A stretch of 64,000 nt of DNA from an uncultured delta proteobacterium (GCA_963767925.1 CAVYGB010000008.1:3104001-3168000); one strand, 5' to 3'. Shown: positions 9,847 to 20,260, counted from the stretch's first letter. Notes: generated by a model from the sequence alone, not told the origin. Translations and numbers: made by a program.

Positions 9847-11851
9847 GCGCCCGCAAGCTCCGCCTGGCGGCGGTCTCCTTCCTCAACGCTCGCCCCATCA
9901 CCTACGGCCTCGAGCGCGACGCCGACGGCGACATCGACCTGCGCTTCGACATCCCCTCGGCCTGCGCCGAGGCCCTGGCCCGCCGGGAGGTCGACCTGGC
10001 CCTGTTGCCGCTGGCCAGCTACGCGACCTTCCCCGGCCCCTGCGGGTGATCCCGGGCGTCGCGGTCGCCAGCCGGGGCCCCGTGCGCACGGTCCTGCTCG
10101 TGGGCGAGGTCCCCTGGGCCGAGATGGAGAGCATCGCCCTCGACTCGGCCTCCCGCAGCTCGGCCATGTTGCTGCGGGTGCTCACCCGGGAAACGGGGCT
10201 GGACCCCCGCTTCGCGGAGAGCGACCACGAGGGCATCGTCGAGGCGGCCTCCGGCACCCGGGGCGCCCTCATCATCGGCGACGCTGGCTTCCGGGCCGCC
10301 GATCTCTACCCATACGTCTACGACCTGGGAGCGGAGTGGGCCGCCCTGACCGGCCTGCCCTTCGTCTACGCGGTCTGGGCCGGCCACCCCGAAGCCGCCA
10401 CCCCCGCCGACGTCGCCCGCCTGCGCGACAGCCAGCGCCGGGGGCTCGAGCACCGGGCCGAGATCGCCCGGGCCTTCGCTGCCGAGCGGGGACTGCCCGC
10501 CTCGGTCTGCGAGAGCTACCTCAGCCACAACATCCGCTACCAGCTCGGGGCCGAGGAGCTGTCGGGCGCGGGCGCCTTCCTGGCCCGGGCCAGCGCCCTC
10601 GGCGCCGTGCCCCCGGGCACCCGCATCCGCTTCTTCGAGGACGGGCGCCCCGAGCGGCCCATCACCAACGCCCGCAAGGCCGCCCCCCTGCCCCTGCCCG
10701 CGGCCACCCCGGCGGGCGGGTCCCCCCGCCGCAGCCTCGACAGCCTGCTGGCCGACGCCGCCGCCGGCCAGCGCCTCGCCTTCGAGGACGGCCTGCGCCT
10801 GTACAGCGAAGCCGACCTGCTCGACCTCGGCGCGGCGGCCGATCGCCGCCGCCAGAGCCTGCACCCCGACGGCACCGTCACCTACATCATCGATCGCAAC
10901 GTCAACTACACAAACGTCTGCGTCACTCGCTGCAAGTTCTGCAACTTCTACCGCCCGCCCGGCCACAAGGAGGGCTACACCCTGGACCGGGAGGTGCTCG
11001 GCCAGAAGCTGCAGGAGACGGTCGACCTGGGGGGCGTGCAGATCCTGCTGCAGGGCGGGCTCAACCCCGACCTGCCCCTGGCCTACTACGAGGATCTGTT
11101 CCGCTGGATGAAGGCCAGCTTCCCCCTGGCCATCCACGGCCTGTCGCCCGAGGAGATCCGCTACATCGCCGAGATCGAGGAGCTGCCCCTGCGCACCGTG
11201 ATCGAGCGGCTGGTGGCGGCGGGGCTCGACTCGATCCCCGGGGGCGGCGCCGAGATCCTCGACGACGACGTCCGCCGCCACATCTCCCCCCTCAAGTGCT
11301 CGACCGAGACCTGGCTCGAGGTGATGCGCCAGGGACACGCCCTGGGCCTGCGCACCACCGCCACCCTCGTGTTCGGCTTCGGCGAGACGCCCGAGCAGCT
11401 CTTCGGGCACCTCGAGCACCTGCGCGCCCTGCAGGACGAGACCGCCGGCTTCACCGCCTTCATCTGCTGGCCCTTCCAGGCCGAGGGGACCCGCCTCAAG
11501 CTGCGCGACGACACGACCGCCCTGCGCTACCTGCGGGTGTTCGCCGCCGCCCGCCTGTACCTCGACAACTTCCCCAGCCTGCAGGTCTCCTGGCCCACCA
11601 TGGGCCCGGAGGTCGGGCAGGTGGCCCTGCGCTTCGGGGGCAACGACTTCGGGTCGGCCATGATCGAGGAGAACGTCGTCTCCCAGGCCGGCGCGGTGTT
11701 CAAGCTGTCGGCCCAGGACATCGAGCGCTACGTGCGGGAGGCGGGCTTTGTCCCCCGCCGCCGCAACATGCGCTACGAGCTGTTGCCCCTGCCTCCCGCC
11801 GCCCGGAGCGCCCCGGCGCCCTTTGCCGCCGGCCTCGGCGTGGATCGCTGA
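9843..11851 (+). CDS. mqnA-mqnC: MqnA (chorismate dehydratase)-MqnC (cyclic dehypoxanthine futalosine synthase) fusion, one base missing near 10037-10040
   Basis: N-terminal AVSFLNARP, SRSS, LIIGD and YDLGAEW..TGLPFVYAVW (MqnA). C-terminal TYIIDRNVNYTNVCVTRCKFCNF, ILLQGG and GSAMIEENVVSQAG (MqnC). Adding one C to the C4 run joins GTG 9843 to the long ORF (669 aa). Confidence 0.85.
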
Positions 11852-11855
11852 CCCC

Positions 11856-12749
11856 ATGGCCAGGCCCCTCGCCACCGTCGCAGGCGCCGTCACCGACGCC
11901 GTCGCCACCTTCGGGCGCATGGTGAAGTTCAGCCACACCCTCTTCGCCCTGCCCTTCGCCCTGGCCGCCGCCGCCATCGCCGCCCGCGATCACGGCCTGA
12001 GCGCTGGCCGCCTGCTGGCCATCGTGCTGGCCATGGTCGGCGCCCGCACCGCCGCCATGGGCTTCAACCGCATCGTCGATCGGGACCTCGACGCCCTCAA
12101 CCCCCGCACCGCCGGGCGCGAGCTGCCGAGCGGGCGCGTCTCGCTGGCGGCGGCCTGGACCTTGACCCTGGCCAGCACGGCGCTGTTCGTGGGGGCTGCC
12201 GCCTGGCTGGGCCCCCTCTGCCTGGCCCTGTCGCCGGTGGCCCTGGCCCTGCTGTTCGGCTATTCGTACACAAAGCGCTTCACCTGGCTGTGCCACCTGT
12301 TCCTGGGGCTGGCCATCGCCGCCGGCCCGGGCGGGGCCTGGATCGCCGTGGCGGGGAGCGTGTCGGCGCCCGCCCTCTGGCTGATGGCCGCGGTGGCCAC
12401 CTGGATCGGCGGCTTCGACATCCTCTACGCGCTCGCCGACCGCGACTTCGATCTGGCCCACGGGCTCCGGTCGATCCCCGCCCGCTTCGGCGTGCGCGGG
12501 GCGCTGATCCTGTCGGCTGGCCTGCATGCGCTGACCGTTGTGGCCCTCTGTGGCCTGGCCCGGGCCGCCCACCTCGGTCCGGTCTACTGGCTGGGCATCA
12601 CCGTTATCACCGCCATCCTGCTCTGGGAGCACGCCGTGGTCCGCCCCTCGGATCTCAGCCGCCTCGACATGGCCTTCTTCACGCTCAACGGGTATGTCTC
12701 GGTGGCCTTCCTTGTCGCCACCGGCCTCGATCTGATCTGGAAAATCTGA
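11856..12749 (+). CDS. mqnP: UbiA-family prenyltransferase of the futalosine pathway (MqnP type)
   Basis: VKFSHTLFALPFA, ARTAAMGFNRIVDRDLDALNPRT..RELP, YSYTKRFT, FDILYA and AFFTLNG. Confidence 0.88.
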   Translation: MARPLATVAGAVTDAVATFGRMVKFSHTLFALPFALAAAAIAARDHGLSAGRLLAIVLAMVGARTAAMGFNRIVDRDLDALNPRTAGRELPSGRVSLAAAWTLTLASTALFVGAAAWLGPLCLALSPVALALLFGYSYTKRFTWLCHLFLGLAIAAGPGGAWIAVAGSVSAPALWLMAAVATWIGGFDILYALADRDFDLAHGLRSIPARFGVRGALILSAGLHALTVVALCGLARAAHLGPVYWLGITVITAILLWEHAVVRPSDLSRLDMAFFTLNGYVSVAFLVATGLDLIWKI

Positions 12750-12761
12750 CCGGACCAAACC

Positions 12762-12790
12762 TTGACAGCGGGAATCGCTCTCCTCATCAT
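12762..12790 (+). promoter_or_regulatory. Sigma-70-type promoter of the tRNA pair
   Basis: TTGACA (12762-12767), 17-nt spacer, CATCAT (12785-12790); 14 nt before tRNA-Arg. Confidence 0.65.
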
Positions 12791-12804
12791 GTCCCCCCTG
12801 TCAT

Positions 12805-12878
12805 GCGCCTGTAGCTCAACTGGATAGAGCATCGGCCTTCGAAGCCGAGGGCTGGGGGTTCGATTCCCTCCGGGCGCG
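12805..12878 (+). tRNA. tRNA-Arg (anticodon UCG)
   Basis: Acceptor stem GCGCCTG/CGGGCGC, D arm GCTC..GAGC, anticodon arm TCGGC-CTTCGAA-GCCGA, T loop TTCGATT. CCA not encoded. Confidence 0.92.
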
Positions 12879-12910
12879 CGACGCGAGCACGACGACGAAA
12901 ACTGAAAACC

Positions 12911-12983
12911 GGGCGCATAGCTCAACTGGTAGAGCAGTGGACTCTTAATCCATTGGTTGTAAGTTCGATTCTTACTGCGCCCA
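12911..12983 (+). tRNA. tRNA-Lys (anticodon CUU)
   Basis: Acceptor stem GGGCGCA/TGCGCCC, anticodon arm GTGGA-CTCTTAA-TCCAT, T arm GTAAG-TTCGATT-CTTAC. Confidence 0.93.
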
Positions 12984-13308
12984 CACCAGCTCGCTTCTCC
13001 GTGGAAGGCCGTGAGGGCCCCGCCGCCTGAACCAGGCGGCAGGAGGCCTCGGCCGACCCGGGCGGGCCGTGGTCCCCTCCCCCGGAGCGGCTGATTCGTG
13101 GGCTGGCCGCACCAAGCGGCGGGTCCCGTCCGATACCGGGGTGCATGCATAGACGCAGTGCCCTCGGAAAAACGCTGTCCCCTGGCGAGATGAATCTTCG
13201 GATCTGTCTGCCAGCCGGGGCTGGTCGGTCCAGTTGCTCGCCTCCGAGCCCCCTTTTTCGCGGCGCGCACCCGTAGCATTCTTCTTCGGGAAGAGGGATT
13301 GCTGCCAG

Positions 13309-13959
13309 ATGGGGCCCGGGCAAGTGGAGGACGAGATCGAGCGACTGCTCCCGCGCGTGTGCGCGGGGGATGAGTCGGCCTGGCAGGGCCTCTGGCGGCT
13401 GCTCGATCCCCGCCTCGACGCGCTCGTCCGGCGCCGGCGCTTGCTCGGCCGCCTGTCGCTCAGCGACGAGGACCGGCGGGTGGTAGCCCGGCTGGTGATG
13501 GAGCGCCTCCGCCAGGACGGCTACCGGCGGCTGAAGATGTTCAGAGAAGAACGCCAGCGGACCAGGACGCTCTCCTTTCTGGCCTGGCTCACGGTGGTGG
13601 CCCGGCACGTGGCGATCGACTACCTGCGGGCGCATCCCGACTATGTCGCGGGTGGCCCCCGCCGCTCCGAGCGACCCGGGACGGTGTTGCCGCCCGAGCC
13701 GCCGCCCGAGAGCGAGGGCCCTCCCGCCCAGCCACCCGTCACCGTGAAGGGGACGGCGGGCGAGCTGCTCGACTACGCCCGGCGGGAGCTGCCCGACCCG
13801 CAGCACCGGGCCCTCGAGATGTGGATGGCCGGCCGGCCGAGCGAGGACATCGCGGTGATGTTGCAGATGTCGAACGCCGAGGCCCAGCGCACGATCCGCG
13901 CCGCGGTCGAACGGCTGCGGCGGCGCTTCCCCGCAAGCGTCCCGGGGGAGCTGCCATGA
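13309..13959 (+). CDS. Divergent ECF-type RNA polymerase sigma factor
   Basis: AGDESAW, SFLAWLTVVARHVAIDYLR (region 2) and LP...RALEM..G...EDIA..L (region 4). Start uncertain. Confidence 0.75.
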   Translation: MGPGQVEDEIERLLPRVCAGDESAWQGLWRLLDPRLDALVRRRRLLGRLSLSDEDRRVVARLVMERLRQDGYRRLKMFREERQRTRTLSFLAWLTVVARHVAIDYLRAHPDYVAGGPRRSERPGTVLPPEPPPESEGPPAQPPVTVKGTAGELLDYARRELPDPQHRALEMWMAGRPSEDIAVMLQMSNAEAQRTIRAAVERLRRRFPASVPGELP

Positions 13960-15878
13960 CCGCCTGTCCCAGCATCGAGGCCCTCGGGCGGGGGGGCGAG
14001 CAGGTGGCGCGGCACCTGGCCCGCTGCCCGGTCTGCCAGTCGATCGCCCGCCGCCTGACCGCCGAGCGACGCGCCGGCGGCGGCGACCTGTGCGCGCGCG
14101 CCGAGCTGCTCATCGCGGTCGGCGCCGCCACCCCCCTGTCGCCCGAGGACGCGATGTTCCTGTCGAGCTACCTCACCCGCTGCTCGACCTGCCGGGAGAC
14201 GGCGCTCGAGCCGCCGCCCATCGACGACGAGCTGGGGGTGCCGGGCGTGGCCTCGGAGACCTACGCCATCGGGGCCGAGATCGGGCGGGGCGGGATGGGG
14301 CGGGTCATCACCGCCCGCGATCGTCGCATCGGCCGGGCCGTCGCCCTCAAGGAGCTGCTCAACGCCGAGCCGGCGGCCATCGCCCGCTTCGAGCGGGAGG
14401 CCCGCCTGACCACCCGCCTGCAGCACCCGGCGATCGTCTCGATCTACGAGGTGGGGCGCTGGCCCGACGGACGGCCCTTCTACGCGATGCCGATCCTCCG
14501 CGGCCGCACCCTGCATCAGGCCATCGGCGAGGCGGCCGGCCCCGCCGAGCGCCTGCGCCTGCTGCCGTCGCTGATCGCCGCCGCCGACGCCATCGCCTAC
14601 GCCCACAGCCGGCGAATCATCCACCGGGACATGACCCCCGCGAACATCCTGCTGGGCGCCTTCGGCGAGACGACGGTCATCGACTGGGGGCTGGCCAAGG
14701 ACCTCGACGAGCCGGTGTCGGCCGACGACCGGCACGGGGTGAGCCGCTACATCGGCCTCACCGCGCCCGGCACGGTCATGGGGACGCCGGCCTACCTCGC
14801 GCCCGAGCAGGCCGACGGCGGCGCGGTGGACGAGCGGGTCGACGTCTACGCGCTGGGCGCCATCCTCTACCACCTGCTGGTGGGCCGGCCTCCCTACGGC
14901 GACGCCGGCCCGGGCACGGTGATCGAACGCCTGCGCGCCCGCCAGCGGCCCGAGCGGGTGACGCCGGAGCGGGGGGTTCCACCCGAGCTGATGAGCGTGG
15001 CCAACCTGGCCATGAACCCCGACCGGGGCGGGCGCTACCAGGCCGCCTCGACCTTCGTCGAGGACCTCCGCCGCTACCAGCTCGGCGAGCGGGTGCGGGC
15101 CCACACCTACCCGGGGCGCGAGCTCGCCTCGCGCTGGCTGTCCCGGCACCTCGCCCTGGTGGCCACCGTGTCGAGCGTGCTGGCCCTCGTGGGGGTGACC
15201 GCCACCGTGGGGTCGCTGCAGGTCTCGCGCGAGCGGCGGCGGGCCGACGCGGCCAGCCTGGAGCTGGACATCGCCCAGCGCATGCTGGCCAACGCGAGCG
15301 GCGTCGCGGTGGAGTCCCACGACGACAACCGCCGCCTCGACGAGCCCCGCAACCTCGACTTCAGCGAGCCGGAGTACCGGGACGGGCTGCCCCCGGGGTG
15401 GATGCGCTGGCTCACCGACCGCCGGGACCACGTCATCGGCATCGATCGCCAGGACCGGCACCAGGGCCGGCCGACGGCCTACGTGCGATCCAAGCCGGAT
15501 CGCACGGCCCCCGGCTTCGGGACCCTCATGCAGACCATCGCCGCCTCGAAGCACCGGCAGCAGCGGCTGCGCTTCTCCGCGCTGGTGCGCACGGCCGACG
15601 TGGCCGGGACGGCCGGGCTGTGGATCCGCGCCGAGGGCGGCGACTCGGTCTCGGGGCCGGGGGCCTTCGACAACATGCAGGACCGCCCCATCCAGGGGAC
15701 GACAACCTGGCGCCGCTACGAGGTGTTCGTCAACGTCCCGGCCAACGCCCGGGCCATCGCCTTCGGGGCCTTCCTCCAGGGGACCGGGGCGATGAGCTTC
15801 ACCGATCCCCGGCTGGAGATCGCCCCTCCCAGCAGCGTGCCGGTCAGCCCCTCGGCCCGGCCCGCCGCCTTCCCCTGA
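13956..15878 (+). CDS. Membrane Ser/Thr kinase with N-terminal zinc-finger anti-sigma-like motifs and a C-terminal jelly-roll (CBM-like) domain
   Basis: HLARCPVC and YLTRCSTC; GRGGMGRV, VALKE, HRDMTPAN, DWG, GTPAYLAPE; a TM helix, then NLDF..GW..FGTLMQ..AGLWIR..FDNMQDRPIQGTT.W. Confidence 0.85.
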   Translation: MTACPSIEALGRGGEQVARHLARCPVCQSIARRLTAERRAGGGDLCARAELLIAVGAATPLSPEDAMFLSSYLTRCSTCRETALEPPPIDDELGVPGVASETYAIGAEIGRGGMGRVITARDRRIGRAVALKELLNAEPAAIARFEREARLTTRLQHPAIVSIYEVGRWPDGRPFYAMPILRGRTLHQAIGEAAGPAERLRLLPSLIAAADAIAYAHSRRIIHRDMTPANILLGAFGETTVIDWGLAKDLDEPVSADDRHGVSRYIGLTAPGTVMGTPAYLAPEQADGGAVDERVDVYALGAILYHLLVGRPPYGDAGPGTVIERLRARQRPERVTPERGVPPELMSVANLAMNPDRGGRYQAASTFVEDLRRYQLGERVRAHTYPGRELASRWLSRHLALVATVSSVLALVGVTATVGSLQVSRERRRADAASLELDIAQRMLANASGVAVESHDDNRRLDEPRNLDFSEPEYRDGLPPGWMRWLTDRRDHVIGIDRQDRHQGRPTAYVRSKPDRTAPGFGTLMQTIAASKHRQQRLRFSALVRTADVAGTAGLWIRAEGGDSVSGPGAFDNMQDRPIQGTTTWRRYEVFVNVPANARAIAFGAFLQGTGAMSFTDPRLEIAPPSSVPVSPSARPAAFP

Positions 15879-15881
15879 CGT

Positions 15882-16436
15882 TCAGGGCGCGGGCGGGGCC
15901 GCCGGGGCCGGCGTCTTCGGGCGGGGGATGTAGGCCGGCCGGAGCGCCTTCATGATGCGCTCGCGGGCGGCGTTGGGGTGCTCACGCATGTCGAGGTCCC
16001 GCACCCGTTCGAGGGTGTGGTGCAGCAGCTCGAGCCGGGTCCGTTCGGTCTCGCTGCAGGGCGTGCTCGAGCCGGCGCGGCAGAGGGCCAGGGCCCGGTC
16101 GGCCGCGAGGTAGGCCGGCCCGGCCTCGAAGTGGTCGGCCAGGGCCAGGGCCCGGCGGGTGTGCAGGCGGTGGTCCTGACCGGCGCGGTCGATGGCCCGG
16201 GTGGCGGTGGCGAGGGCCCAGTCCGGCCGGCGCGCGTCGAGGAACAGATCGGACAGCTCCAGCGAGGCGGCGGGCTGACCCGGGTCGGCCAGCAGGGTGG
16301 CCTCCAGCTCCGCGACGCGCAGCCGCCCCTCGGGATCGAGGCGCAAGCCCGGCTGCACGCGCACGTCGGGGCGCGGAAGCAGCACCACCACGGCGCACAG
16401 GCCCAGGACGGCGATGTCCAGCACCCGCGAAAACAT
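15882..16436 (-). CDS. Hypothetical membrane-anchored helical/TPR-like protein
   Basis: N-terminal hydrophobic segment and helical repeats; 3 nt downstream of the ABC permease. Confidence 0.65.
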   Translation of the reverse strand: MFSRVLDIAVLGLCAVVVLLPRPDVRVQPGLRLDPEGRLRVAELEATLLADPGQPAASLELSDLFLDARRPDWALATATRAIDRAGQDHRLHTRRALALADHFEAGPAYLAADRALALCRAGSSTPCSETERTRLELLHHTLERVRDLDMREHPNAARERIMKALRPAYIPRPKTPAPAAPPAP

Positions 16437-16439
16437 GGC

Positions 16440-17662
16440 CTATTCGTAGCGCAGAGCTTCGATGGGATCCAGGCGGGAGGCCCGCCAGGCCGGATAAAAC
16501 CCGAACACGATCCCCACCAGGGTCGAGAAGGAGACCGCGATGGCGTAGCTCTCGGCCCCGAGCTGGGTGGGCCACTCCATGAGCTGGGAGAACAGCTTGG
16601 CCGCCCCCGTGCCGAGCCCCACCCCCACCAGGCCGCCGATCATGGTGAGCACCACCGCCTCGAGGAGGAACTGCAGCAGCACGTGTTTCCCCTTGGCCCC
16701 CACCGCCATGCGGATGCCTATCTCCCGGGTCCGCTCGGTGACCGAGACCAGCATGATGTTCATGATGCCGATGCCGCCCACGATGAGGGAGACGGCGGCG
16801 ATCCCGGCCAGCAGGAGAGTCATGGTCTTGTTGGCCTCCTGGGCGGCCTCGGCGAACTCGGTCATGTCGCGCACGATGGGATCGTCGGGGTCCCCCTCGC
16901 GCGTGCGCTTGCGCTGGCGGAGCAGGTCCTGCACCTGCTGCTGGGCCCGGACGGTGTCCCCGGCCGAGGTGGCCGACAGGTTGATCCGCTCGACCCCCTG
17001 GGCCTGGGACCCGCCCGCGTTGTTCAGCTTGCGGCGCACGGCCGTGATGGGCATGAACACGACGTCGTCGAGATCCTGGCCGCCCGCCCCCTGCCCCTTG
17101 CGGGCCAGGACGCCGATCACCTGGCAGTTCATGGTGCGCACCCGGATGGTCTGCCCGAGCGGATCTTCGCCGCCGAAGACCTGATCGACGACCACCTGAC
17201 CGAGGACGCAGACCTTGTTGGCGGTGTCGACGTCGCGCTGGCCGAAGAAGGCCCCCCGCTGAATGGTCCAGGCGCGCACGTGGACGTAGTCGGGGGTGGT
17301 GCCGCGGATCTGGGTCGACCAGTTGAGCCCGCCCCAGACCACCTGGGCCATGCTCGACACCTCGGGCGCGGCGTAGCGGACGGCGTCGCACTCCTTGCGG
17401 ATGGCCTCGACGTCGTCGTCGTTGAGGGTGAGGCCGCCGCCGCCCCGCACGCCGCCGAAGGAGCCGCCGCCGCCCCGGACCATCAGCACGTTCGAGCCCA
17501 TGGCCGCCATCTGGGCCGCCACCCGCTCGCTGGCCCCCCGCCCCAGCGCCACCATGGCGATGAAGGCACCGACGCCGATCATGATCCCCAGGGTGGTGAG
17601 CAGGGCCCGCAGCCGGTGGCGGGAGAAGCCCTTGACCGCGATCCGGAGCAGCCCGAAAAAGC

Positions 17663-17666
<4 letters not shown>
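16440..17666 (-). CDS. MacB-type ABC transporter permease
   Basis: LLTTLGIMIGV, VGGIGIMNIMLVSVTERTREIGIRMAVGA and GFYPAWRASRLDPIEALRYE. Confidence 0.93.
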
Positions 17667-18445
<779 letters not shown>

Positions 18446-18455
18446 GGCAGGCCGC

Positions 18456-19916
18456 CTAGAAGAAGCGCGGTCCCCGGCCCCGGCCCCCACCGGGCGGGGT
18501 GGCCGGCCGCGCCGGCGACTGTTGCAGGCCCGGGCCGGTCGCCTCGGTCACGAGCTCGTCCCCCTCCTCGAGCTGGCCGCGCAGCACCTCGGTGAACTGC
18601 TCGTCGGCGATGCCGGCCCGGAAGGGGACCGCCACCACCCTGGTGCCCTCTTGCTTGTAGACCCGGGTCGCCATGCGGGGACCTCCCTCGCCGCCGGCGC
18701 GGCGAGAGCCGCCGCCACCGCCGCCGGGCCGCTCGCCCCCCTGGCCGCCGCCACGGCGGAACCCCTGGCCGCCGCCGGGACCGCCCCCGCCCTCGCGGTT
18801 GCGGCCCAGGCCCTCGCCGGTTCGGGCCATGGCCCCTTCGCCCTCGCGCCAGCGTCGCCCCCCACCTTCGCCCTCGGCGCCGCCGTCGCGACGGCCGAAG
18901 CCGCCGGAGCCCTGCCCGGGCGCCCGGCTCTGGGTCGACACGAGCTCGGGGGGCGGCTTGAACCGGAGGGCCACGTTGGGGATGCGCAGGACGTTCTCGC
19001 GCTTCTCGGTCACGATGCGCACGCTGGCCGTCATGCCCGGACGCAGCCGCCCGTCGGCGTTGTCGACCCGCAAGATGGCGTCGTAGGTGACGACGTTCTG
19101 CACGACGTTGGGGTTCGAGCGGATCTGATGGATGGTGGCCAGGAACTCCCGGCCCGGATGGGCGTCGACGGTGAAGCGGGCCTCCAGCCCCTCGCGCAGC
19201 TTGCCCACGTCCGCCTCGTCGACCGCCGCCCGGACCTCCATCTTCGAGAGGTCCTGGGCGATGGTGAACAGGGTGGGCGCCGAGAGCGAGGCCGCCACCG
19301 TCTGCCCGACGTCGACCGCGCGCTGCAGGACCGTCCCGTCGATCGGCGATTTGATGGTTGTGCGCTCGAGGTCGACCATGGCGATGCCCACCTGGGCCCG
19401 GGCCTGGGCCACCTGGGCGTCGGACGACTGGATCTCGACCTCGGTGAGGTCGTATTTCGCCTTGAGGTCGTCGAGCTCCGACTCGCCGATGACCTTCTTG
19501 TCGGCCAGGGCGCGGGCCCGCTCGTATTCGCGCTTGCTCGCCTCGTGGCTCACGCGGGCCTTGGCCAAGGAGGCCTGGGCGTTCTTGAGCGAGGCCCGGG
19601 CCTGCTCGACGTTGGCCTTGAAGCGGGTGGGCTCGATCTGGGCGATGATCTGCCCTTCCTTGACCTGGCTGTTGAAGTCGGCGCCCAGCTTCTGGATGAT
19701 GCCGGAGACCTGCGATCCCACCAGCACCGTGACCACGGCGCTGAGCTGGCCGGTGGCGGTGACCGTCTGCTCGATGGTGCCGCGATCGAGGGTCGCGGTC
19801 CTGAAGGTGATGTCGCTGCTGCTCGACGAGCGGCGCAGGGCAAAGTAGCCGACGCCCGCGCCGATCACGACGAGGAGCACGGCGGCCTTCACATAACGTT
19901 GGCGATTACGCGTCAT
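18456..19916 (-). CDS. MacA/HlyD-family periplasmic adaptor with a Gly/Arg-rich insert
   Basis: VGSQVSG, SPIDG, GQTVAASLSAPTLF, VDEADVG and LRPGMTA. Confidence 0.92.
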   Translation of the reverse strand: MTRNRQRYVKAAVLLVVIGAGVGYFALRRSSSSSDITFRTATLDRGTIEQTVTATGQLSAVVTVLVGSQVSGIIQKLGADFNSQVKEGQIIAQIEPTRFKANVEQARASLKNAQASLAKARVSHEASKREYERARALADKKVIGESELDDLKAKYDLTEVEIQSSDAQVAQARAQVGIAMVDLERTTIKSPIDGTVLQRAVDVGQTVAASLSAPTLFTIAQDLSKMEVRAAVDEADVGKLREGLEARFTVDAHPGREFLATIHQIRSNPNVVQNVVTYDAILRVDNADGRLRPGMTASVRIVTEKRENVLRIPNVALRFKPPPELVSTQSRAPGQGSGGFGRRDGGAEGEGGGRRWREGEGAMARTGEGLGRNREGGGGPGGGQGFRRGGGQGGERPGGGGGGSRRAGGEGGPRMATRVYKQEGTRVVAVPFRAGIADEQFTEVLRGQLEEGDELVTEATGPGLQQSPARPATPPGGGRGRGPRFF

Positions 19917-20245
19917 GGGGGGAAGCTCTCCTATGTGGACCTCGTCCCCGGTTCAAAGTTAGTCGCCATCGTACGCGGGGTCGGGGCAAACCGGGCCTCG
20001 AGCTGAGCGCGAACGGATCGCGCGATCTTAGCTCCGCGCGTCGAGGACGACCTTTCGCACACCGCCAGGAACATCTCCGCAGGCGGTTCCCGGATGGGGG
20101 TCCGCGCGGGATTCCAGTCGCGCAGCTAACGCGCGGTTTCAGCGTCGGCCCAAACCTCCCCGCCTCGGGGCAAAAAGCTACACCCGCCGGGAGCTTCACC
20201 GTGTGGTGACAGCCACTTCTGGGCTGGACAACCCGTCAGAAGCTG

Positions 20246-20260
20246 TGGCATTTGAATTGC
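20246..20260 (+). promoter_or_regulatory. Candidate sigma-54 (-24/-12) promoter of the agl-like motor operon
   Basis: TGGCATTTGAATTGC fits TGGCAC-N5-TTGC with exact GG-N10-GC spacing, about 140 nt upstream of ATG 20402. Confidence 0.6.

Noticed and set aside
9075..10045. Programmed frameshifting in mqnE and mqnA
   Set aside because: No slippery heptamer or stimulatory structure is apparent; similar indels elsewhere point to assembly error.
12984..15878. Genomic island integrated at tRNA-Lys
   Set aside because: No integrase and no duplicate of the tRNA 3' end seen in the window; composition resembles the flanks.
18690..18930. Gly/Arg-rich low-complexity insert in the MacA-like adaptor
   Set aside because: Common in this adaptor subfamily; no DNA-level periodicity.
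19975..20190. c-di-GMP-I riboswitch suggested by two GGGGCAAA words
   Set aside because: The GNRA hairpin and following ACGCAAA element could not be matched; an Infernal search would be needed.
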